DNA of 64,000 bases. Source: Candidatus Thorarchaeota archaeon. GTDB taxonomy: Archaea; Asgardarchaeota; Thorarchaeia; Thorarchaeales; Thorarchaeaceae. Position numbers and translations under genes: made by a program. The stretch lies in assembly GCA_046758445.1 (NCBI GenBank), contig JBHIAE010000014.1, forward strand, positions 1-64,000. The letters run 5' to 3'. Positions within the stretch are counted from its first letter, which is position 1. Each line of letters begins with the position of its first letter. Below the pieces are notes generated by a model. The model saw only the letters and a program-made list of their open reading frames with translations, was not told the DNA's origin and made no database searches. Shown one piece after another: positions 57,262 through 64,000 of the stretch.

Positions 57262-57852
57262 CTAAGTCAGCAGCCGGAGCAGAAGTGCGCCGGTGTTGAG
57301 ACTCGCGTGTGCTATGAAGCACCCGGTGATATTCTTCGTACGAACGAACAACATACCGTTGAGGAGTCCCAGAAGAAAGACTATGACCAGAAGCAAGAAC
57401 ATACCTGACTCCATATGATTCCTATGAATGAGAGTAAAGAATACTGCTTGGCAGATGTTTGCACCGACGTTTCGCTTCGACTTAACGGATATATTGAAGT
57501 CAGCCGAATGCGCGAGAAAGAAGCTCCTGTAGGTGACCTCTTCGTAAATGGGATACCATAAGACGTCACTCAGGATGATAGATGGTGTTATGGCAAATGT
57601 CGGCATGACAGGAGCATACAAGAATGCCACTTGTGCAAAGACTGTGACCAAGATCGCAGAAACCAGCAGACCCAGAGCTGTCGAATGCCAAATCCCATGG
57701 ACTCTGAAGCCCATCCAGCTGAGAGTCTTCTTCTCCACGAGAATTACGTACAAGAATGGCAGAACTACTATGGGATACAACCTGCCATCCAGCCACAAGA
57801 CGAGGAAGACTAGAGCTGGAAAGACCTTCTGAATCATGAGTTCTCTTTTCAT
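57262..57852 (-). CDS. CPBP (CAAX/Abi) intramembrane protease
   Basis: YEEVTYR, FTLIH, AHASLN. Confidence 0.88.
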   Translation of the reverse strand: MKRELMIQKVFPALVFLVLWLDGRLYPIVVLPFLYVILVEKKTLSWMGFRVHGIWHSTALGLLVSAILVTVFAQVAFLYAPVMPTFAITPSIILSDVLWYPIYEEVTYRSFFLAHSADFNISVKSKRNVGANICQAVFFTLIHRNHMESGMFLLLVIVFLLGLLNGMLFVRTKNITGCFIAHASLNTGALLLRLLT

Positions 57853-58562
57853 TTGATTCTTCCTTCTGCTCTCACTTTACCAGTATCTTGCTCTACAGGA
57901 CTGGAAAAGGCTGTGAGTTTAAAGACCGTCAACCAACCAAATCCAGCAGCCGCCGTAAGATGAGCCACGAGTCCTGGAACTAATGAACCAGTACTGACAA
58001 ACAGTGTTGCTATCCATACTGACACAACGAACCAGCCACTGGCGGCTACTGATTTGTCGGATGTGTATTCAAACATTCTGAGGTTCGGATTGCCGAAGTG
58101 CGAGAGCCAGTGGAAGAGTGCTGAGTACGTGATCGCAGGTATTGTTCCGAGAGGAAGGAAGAGAGGCATCAGCAAACCCCTAGAGAACAGCTCCTCAATG
58201 GCCGCGCCAGTCAACATGAAAGGAAGAATTGAGGCAAATCTTTGGCTTGCTCTTTGCGCCGCGGGAATCTCAAGATTCCTTCTCACGACAATTATATGCA
58301 TTGGATAGTAAGCCAGAGCAACTGAAACTACACCTGTGACAACGCCAGTCAAAAACGTATCTGGCGTGGGAAGTACTAAGCCCATCTGCAAATGGCTTAT
58401 CCAACCAGCCAGTAATGCGAAAATCGGAAGCAAGAACAGAAGGCCATAGCAGCACATGGCTAGAGTAGGAACTCGGTGATGCATGTTTCCCAGCCTCCTG
58501 TTTCCTGAACCAAGCCAACTGCATATGGAACCAGAATCGTCAGACTCAAATTGTGGGTGCAA
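57849..58562 (-). CDS. CPBP (CAAX/Abi) intramembrane protease homolog
   Basis: IEELFSRG, FHWLSH, AHL; ATGA overlap with the next gene. Confidence 0.78.
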   Translation of the reverse strand: MHPQFESDDSGSICSWLGSGNRRLGNMHHRVPTLAMCCYGLLFLLPIFALLAGWISHLQMGLVLPTPDTFLTGVVTGVVSVALAYYPMHIIVVRRNLEIPAAQRASQRFASILPFMLTGAAIEELFSRGLLMPLFLPLGTIPAITYSALFHWLSHFGNPNLRMFEYTSDKSVAASGWFVVSVWIATLFVSTGSLVPGLVAHLTAAAGFGWLTVFKLTAFSSPVEQDTGKVRAEGRIK

Positions 58563-58581
58563 GAAACTCCGTCTTTCATAA

Positions 58582-58938
58582 TCAGTTTGCTATCCTCCAT
58601 GAATCCGGATATTCCAGAGTGCCTAGTCTGAGTCCCAGACAAATGCTCACAAGACCCATGGCTGTGAAAAAAGCAGCAAGGTACAGCGAGAATCCATCAA
58701 GTCCTACGGTGAAGACAGCAAGCTTAATTGAAGGTGCCAATAGATACACTGCAGTATAGGTGTAGATTCCAATTGTGTTGGGGTCTGGAGCAGCATACAA
58801 TGGGTAAAGCAATGGCACGAACCAGTGTCCAGCTACGATTCCAGACACTGTCGCAATCACTACTGCTCCAATCCACACCACCATTCTCCTCTTCATTAAT
58901 CGACCGACTAGGAATCCTATTGTGGCGAGAAGAAACAT
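58582..58938 (-). CDS. Small membrane protein
   Basis: Hydrophobic ORF co-oriented with the CPBP genes. Confidence 0.5.
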   Translation of the reverse strand: MFLLATIGFLVGRLMKRRMVVWIGAVVIATVSGIVAGHWFVPLLYPLYAAPDPNTIGIYTYTAVYLLAPSIKLAVFTVGLDGFSLYLAAFFTAMGLVSICLGLRLGTLEYPDSWRIAN

Positions 58939-59071
58939 TTGGTACTCACAAGCCCACGGGGTTTCGTGAATTCATAAGTTGATGGCCGTCAGGTGACATG
59001 TTCCATTCTTCATTCTATTTTGGAACCACAGTCATACGGCTGCACATTCCTTTTCTGTTTCGAAACGAAAG

Positions 59072-60076
59072 ATGTTTCACGGCTCCTTTCGAGCAGGATG
59101 CGCATGTATGAATATCAAGTCCGTTGACTTCCTTCTCACGTTCAAGTGTCCGGCGAAATGCAGGCATTGTGCCTACAGAGCTGGACCAGCAATAGGAGGA
59201 CACATGACTGTGCGTAATGCGACCAAATGGTTGACAGACCTAAGAGATTCCCAACCTATTGAAACACTCACAGTTCACGGGGGTGAACCGTTCTTGTATC
59301 CTAAGGTCTTGGAACGAGTAATCAGGAAGGCAAAGGATTTCGGCATAAGCCACCGTGGAGTCATCACCAACTGTTTCTGGGCGCATGATGAAGATAAAGC
59401 TATGAAGACTCTGCATGCCATGAGGAATTCAGGACTCACCGGAATCACCGTGAGTGTTGATGCCTTCCATCAGGAATATGTGGCTCTTGAATGTGTCAGG
59501 AATGCGCTTGAGGCCGCCATTTCAATTGGCTTCGATAGAGTATGGGCTGATAGCTACTTCATCCATTCACCTGAGTTTGAGAATCCATTCAATCTTAGGA
59601 CGTTGCGTTTGTTGGATGAGTTGACAGACCTTGAGAGTGTGGAATTCTCCAATTACCCAGTAGATTTCGAGGGGAGGGCAGCTGATGAATTGGTGCAATA
59701 TGTGTCGTCAAGGAATTCAGAATCGCCTAGCCGCTGTAGGCCTCCACACTGGGTAGGTGAAAGCTATATGGATCCTGTTGGGATTGAGATTGATCCTAAT
59801 GGAAATGTCACGTTCTGCCCAGGGATTTGTATTGGCAATACCAGCGAGCAATCATTGCCTAACATTATGAGAGATTATGATCCAAATGAGCACCCCATAA
59901 TCAGAGCCCTAGTGGAAGATGGCCCCAATGGCCTCTACCGGATGTGCAAGGCTAAAGGGTTATGTGATGTCGTCGAATACGTGGATGATTGCCACTTGTG
60001 CTACATGACGAGAAGGCTTCTCAGGGGTAGTTACCCGAGAGAGCTTTCGCCTGAATCTTGCTACGAAGTCAGTTGA
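59072..60076 (+). CDS. Radical SAM protein with C-terminal Cys motifs
   Basis: CPAKCRHC, GGEPFL, TNCFWA, SVDAFHQE, CHLC. Confidence 0.88.
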   Translation: MFHGSFRAGCACMNIKSVDFLLTFKCPAKCRHCAYRAGPAIGGHMTVRNATKWLTDLRDSQPIETLTVHGGEPFLYPKVLERVIRKAKDFGISHRGVITNCFWAHDEDKAMKTLHAMRNSGLTGITVSVDAFHQEYVALECVRNALEAAISIGFDRVWADSYFIHSPEFENPFNLRTLRLLDELTDLESVEFSNYPVDFEGRAADELVQYVSSRNSESPSRCRPPHWVGESYMDPVGIEIDPNGNVTFCPGICIGNTSEQSLPNIMRDYDPNEHPIIRALVEDGPNGLYRMCKAKGLCDVVEYVDDCHLCYMTRRLLRGSYPRELSPESCYEVS

Positions 60077-60182
60077 AACTTTCGGCAGACGGATGTTTAG
60101 TGCACAACTCTACGGATGCAATATAGTGCAAGAGTCGCAGTCTGCATGTCATTTCGTTCAATGTGCGCCCAGATACTCCATG

Positions 60183-60902
60183 TTAGCTTACTAAATGCTT
60201 CATGAACTGAATTCGAGGGATGATAGCTGAAACTATCTTGTTCTCTGCCTTCTTTAGATGCTCCTGAAATGTCGTCCGGGGGACCCCTCTAAACGCAGCA
60301 ATTGCTTGGAGATCAGACTTTCGAGGTATCTGATAATAACCTTGGACATACGCGGTAAGGAGTGCATCCATCTGCTTTCTGGTCAGGTCCGAGAGAAGTG
60401 AGGTTGAATGGAATTCGGATGAGCCTGTAATCACCCCTTTGAAGTCGGTCTTTCTCTTGACCTGTACTGAGAAACCATCATCTCTAAGACATTGAAACAA
60501 CTGCTTGATATCTGAATGCCTGAGTGCTACTACTCGATACTCTCCCCATCCTGTTTCCATTCTTATTGGGAGAATGGTGAGTAGGCCTAGCTTCTCGATA
60601 CACTTCATTACACCGAGCTGGTATGCATCTGTCGTCAATCTGGCTACCATGTGAGTTGTGTCTTCCCTACTGCTCAACATGTACACATCGCCGAACGACT
60701 GCAATTCCTGAAGTGCCAGCTGATCTTTGTTATTACCATGTACGACAAGCTCAACGAACACGAACTCTGGATTGAGCCAAATGGACAGAATCAGCGATGA
60801 GAATCTTCGGGAAATCTTGCCTAGCTGACAGTTATGCTCGACCCCCAGAACAATCTCGAAAAGTGGCATATGCCAAGACTCACGCTTCTTGTTTGCCGAC
60901 AC
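60183..60902 (-). CDS. HTH-10 (bacterio-opsin activator-like) transcriptional regulator
   Basis: LTRKQ...L.TAY.QGYY.IPRK..L..IA...GV..TTFQEHL.KAE.K. Confidence 0.88.
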   Translation of the reverse strand: MSANKKRESWHMPLFEIVLGVEHNCQLGKISRRFSSLILSIWLNPEFVFVELVVHGNNKDQLALQELQSFGDVYMLSSREDTTHMVARLTTDAYQLGVMKCIEKLGLLTILPIRMETGWGEYRVVALRHSDIKQLFQCLRDDGFSVQVKRKTDFKGVITGSSEFHSTSLLSDLTRKQMDALLTAYVQGYYQIPRKSDLQAIAAFRGVPRTTFQEHLKKAENKIVSAIIPRIQFMKHLVS

Positions 60903-60934
60903 TTAGTTTCGGTGACGATGATTCAGAAGCAGGT

Positions 60935-60961
60935 TATATAAGCCTGAGCCTATATATAGGT
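60935..60961 (+). promoter_or_regulatory. TATA box plus operator-like TGAGCCTATATATAGGT (second copy)
   Basis: Same 17-mer and same spacing as 53383-53409. Confidence 0.7.
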
Positions 60962-61009
60962 CACCACTTATAATTGGCTTCTAGACAATACTAATGGTGT
61001 AGTCACCAC

Positions 61010-61564
61010 ATGGAAAGAGCCGTAAATGAATCTCAGAACGAAACAGGGCAGCTAACCTCTCCGCAGGTGCAGGTTTCAGAAGCGAGCCCTGCAGACTCGT
61101 ATGACATTCGAGAAGTATTGGAACAAGCATTTCAGGGACTAGAAGAACGAGGATATCCGTCAGCAGCCATTGAAGCGGCGATAATTGATGTTGCCTCAAT
61201 CAGGCTCCGATTGCTCTCCGGCCATATTGTGCTTGTAGCGAGAGTCAATGATTCAATTGTGGGAACTGTCACTGGTATTCAAGAGCACATGAGCATGCAT
61301 TTGAAGTCATTCGCCGTTCGACCCGCCTTCCAGAGAAATGGTATAGGCACATTGCTAGTGAATACGCTCGAATCCATGGCATCCAAACGTGGATGTCGCA
61401 AAGTGTTTCTGTTCACAGCTTGGCCAATGATAGAAGCTGCACGCTTATACCTGAAACTGGGTTACAGACTGGAAGGATACCTCCCGAATCATTTCTATGG
61501 AGAAGACTTTGCAATCTTTGGTAAGTCCATGGTTGAAGCAGACGAGTCACAACATGACTGTTGA
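61010..61564 (+). CDS. GNAT acetyltransferase
   Basis: AVRPAFQRNGIG, A.RLYLKLGY. Confidence 0.88.
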   Translation: MERAVNESQNETGQLTSPQVQVSEASPADSYDIREVLEQAFQGLEERGYPSAAIEAAIIDVASIRLRLLSGHIVLVARVNDSIVGTVTGIQEHMSMHLKSFAVRPAFQRNGIGTLLVNTLESMASKRGCRKVFLFTAWPMIEAARLYLKLGYRLEGYLPNHFYGEDFAIFGKSMVEADESQHDC

Positions 61565-61665
61565 CCAGGTCAAGCGATGCAGAACAGATGGCAGAAAGGA
61601 CTCCACTTGTCAGTCCCTCTGCCCTGTCTATACCAACAATGCCATTCGGGTCCTTGGGTGGTTCT

Positions 61666-62358
61666 CTACGATATGGCCTGATCAAGGGCTGCATTTGCAT
61701 GAATTTCAGTAGAGTTGTACGTGGGAATATTGCAGTCACTAGGGTCTACTAGGAGTGGAATCTCTGTACAGCCCAGAATGATGGCCTCTGCACCACGTTT
61801 CTCAAGGGTGAGAATTATCTCAAGGAACTGCTGGGCCGACTCAGACTTAATCACACCTCTAGCCACTTCTGTGAAGATGATGCGATCCATGACAACACGA
61901 GAATCAATCCCAGGAATCAGGACTTCGATTCCGGCGCTTCTTAGACGTTTCTTGAAGAAGTTCTCCGTCATAGTCGTGTTAGTACCCAGGAGGCCAACAG
62001 TTCTGTGTCCGTTTTTGATGACTTTGTCCCTAGTTGCATCAATTATGTTGATAAGAGGCAGTTTGACCACAGCAGCCACTTCCTCAAAAACACGATGGAG
62101 TGTCACTGCAGCTATGAGCCCAAAATCGGCACCCGCATCACATAGGGCATTGAGCCCCGCAGAAAGATTCTCAACCACGAGGTCGTAACGATTCTCCCTT
62201 TGTAGATCGATTAGCGTTTGAAAGGATACGCTGTAAATGAGAATCTCAGGATATGCATAGTCCCCAAAGCGCCTTACGTACTCCCTAGTGATGTAGGAGT
62301 AGTACCTGATTGTTGACTCAGGACTAGTGCCTCCCAATATCCCTATTCTCTTGTGCAT
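61666..62358 (-). CDS. Aspartate/glutamate racemase family (YgeA/RacX-like)
   Basis: IGILGG.SPEST..YY, GLLGT..TM, ILGCTEIP; first catalytic position reads AAVT, not CNT. Confidence 0.85.
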   Translation of the reverse strand: MHKRIGILGGTSPESTIRYYSYITREYVRRFGDYAYPEILIYSVSFQTLIDLQRENRYDLVVENLSAGLNALCDAGADFGLIAAVTLHRVFEEVAAVVKLPLINIIDATRDKVIKNGHRTVGLLGTNTTMTENFFKKRLRSAGIEVLIPGIDSRVVMDRIIFTEVARGVIKSESAQQFLEIILTLEKRGAEAIILGCTEIPLLVDPSDCNIPTYNSTEIHANAALDQAIS

Positions 62359-62536
62359 CTTTCTGCCTCAGATCTACGTCGAACAATGTTGCGAAATCCC
62401 CAAGGTGCTGATAATAGCCTTTTGCAGTCATGTGACACAAGAAACCGCATAGTCACCTTTGTGCCGGCAAAATGCTCAAGAGGACGCGCCTTTAGTTTGC
62501 TGGAGGACTAGTGAGTTGGTTCGGGCCTAAACGTTT

Positions 62537-63100
62537 GTGCCATCTGATTCATTAGGCAATTTGACCCACGACCCAAAGCTTTGGTGGTTGAGTTTGCTCA
62601 AGGGCAGTCATGTCAATTTGACGGTGATGGAGAAGGAAGACTTGCCACTATACCTTGAGTGGATGAATAGTCCTGAAGTTATCGGCGATTTCGTACCGTT
62701 CAGCCTACATTCCAAGTCTGAACTGGAGAAGAAGTACGAGGCCCGTGGTCCTGAGGACGGCTGGTATTTCATCGAGGAGAAGGATGGTACGAGAATTGGC
62801 GTTGTGATCCATTTTCTCTCTGGCACATGTTTCGAGATTGGTTATTTTGTAATCCCCAGCAAGAGAAGAAAGGGGCATTGCACAGAAGCTATCAAGATGA
62901 TTGTGGATTACTTGTTCCATTCGCGGGAGATAGTGCGTATCCAAGCATGTGTTGATGTCAGGAACTTAGCGTCCAAGAAGGTACTTCAGAAGGTTGGATT
63001 CAAGCAGGAGGGAACTATTCGAAAGGCAGGTTTCGTTTGGGGTGAGTGGAGTGATAGGTTTCTTTATAGTATCATCCGAGAGGATTGGAGAGAGCGTTAG
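62537..63100 (+). CDS. RimJ/RimL-type GNAT acetyltransferase
   Basis: EIGY...RRKG..TEA, N.AS.KVL.KVGF.QEG..R. Confidence 0.9.
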   Translation: MPSDSLGNLTHDPKLWWLSLLKGSHVNLTVMEKEDLPLYLEWMNSPEVIGDFVPFSLHSKSELEKKYEARGPEDGWYFIEEKDGTRIGVVIHFLSGTCFEIGYFVIPSKRRKGHCTEAIKMIVDYLFHSREIVRIQACVDVRNLASKKVLQKVGFKQEGTIRKAGFVWGEWSDRFLYSIIREDWRER

Positions 63101-63394
63101 GTCCTGACATGAGATTTCGTGAGTCTGGACACAAGAGTATATTGCTTCACATCATGCATTTGACCGATTTCAGAGAATCGCATCACAATGACTTCGTGTC
63201 TTTCTGAGAAGAGTGCTCAAGAATGGTCAGTCACCCTTTCTGCCCATTTCCGTAAGCGCCTAATTTGACAGTGCTATCGATGAAGAATCAGCTGTGCGCC
63301 GTTCTTACAGAATATCAAGAGTCTAGAACCGCCATATGCCGGTATTAAGCTTAAAGTGCGTATCAAGACCTCAGTTCTCGAGGGAATCTGACGA

Positions 63395-64000
63395 TTGTGC
63401 GAGTATTGTGTTCTCCATGGCAGTGGTCAGAGATGGTATCAGAATGCAAGGAATTATTCTAGAGCCTTGGCCACGAGTGAGTTTGTCAGAGATTTCTGTG
63501 ATTCGTATTTTGGGCGCGACATCAAACCGCATTCAGTGAAAGCGAATACCCAATCAGAATCTAGATCTGATGGATTCCTCGACTCAGAACGCCAGAAGAC
63601 TGACCGACGTTATAGACTATACCTTCACCACCAAGTTGTTACAACCGAAGAAGCACTTTCAATCATGAACCTTGCCAGCCGGCAGACTGGAGAACATGAA
63701 CGAACAATTGTACGACTGCCCTGCATTTGCCGGTATCAAGTATTGGGTTCAGATGAGGACCTTCACTGTTATGGTATGGCTTTCACTGATGAGTATGCAC
63801 GGCGTTTTCCGAGATATCTGGGAGGTGGACATGAATACCTTGATGCAGAAGAAGCCAGTCATAGGCTAGAGAATATGGCTACAACCGAACCAACAGTGCA
63901 TGCGATTTCTGCACTGGGAGTGCCATACTTGGGATTGCTCTGCAACTGTGATATGAACGTCTGTCAACCATACCTCCGACGCGTATCATTTGGGATTGAT
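63395..64000 (+). CDS. Cys-rich Fe-S protein, 3' end outside window (absent from ORF track)
   Basis: TTG start, (M)CEYCVLHGSGQRWY..NY...HQVVT.EEA...RLPCICR...C...LCNCD..VC; frame open to the window end. Confidence 0.75.
   Translation, partial: MCEYCVLHGSGQRWYQNARNYSRALATSEFVRDFCDSYFGRDIKPHSVKANTQSESRSDGFLDSERQKTDRRYRLYLHHQVVTTEEALSIMNLASRQTGEHERTIVRLPCICRYQVLGSDEDLHCYGMAFTDEYARRFPRYLGGGHEYLDAEEASHRLENMATTEPTVHAISALGVPYLGLLCNCDMNVCQPYLRRVSFGID

Noticed and set aside
1-64000. Selenoproteins, tRNA/rRNA genes, integrase or transposase, and the many antisense ORFs in the track
   Set aside because: I saw no in-frame TGA at a catalytic Cys position and no recognisable stable RNA or recombinase motifs. 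The antisense ORFs shadow well-supported genes. A by-eye scan could miss a tRNA.

Overview
Gene-dense prokaryotic DNA of about 49% GC (estimated by eye). It is almost certainly archaeal, from its TATA-type promoters, GGAGGTGA ribosome-binding sites, HTH-10 regulator and archaeal VapBC pairs. An Asgard/Thorarchaeia-like origin is my inference only. The left third holds a Mo/W-cofactor cluster (moeB, an atypical thiI, moeA, moaB, moaC, moaE, moaA) with a tungstate ABC transporter (tupABC), followed by redox, sulfur and metabolic genes. Six intergenic sites there share a palindromic TTAAC-N4-GTTAA motif. The main discovery is at about 41.7-50.8 kb: six unrelated type II toxin-antitoxin pairs (4 VapBC-type, 1 RelBE, 1 HicBA), an HNH nuclease and a copZ-copA unit. 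Each unit is separated from the next by one copy of a conserved non-coding repeat. The long form is about 225 nt, multi-hairpin, with compensatory base changes; the short form is about 65 nt and shares the same left end. I found 11 copies between 24.9 and 50.7 kb, all in the same orientation, and no integrase, transposase or reverse transcriptase in the window. This looks like an integron-like cassette array built on a non-canonical structured site. The second highlight is a threonine-synthase homolog that has lost its PLP lysine and is fused to a PadR-type winged HTH; its promoter shares an identical 17-bp operator-like sequence with a second promoter 7.5 kb away. Several genes carry single frameshifts or in-frame amber codons. 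I recognised no rRNA, tRNA or CRISPR array. All calls come from reading the sequence and recognising motifs; no searches were run.
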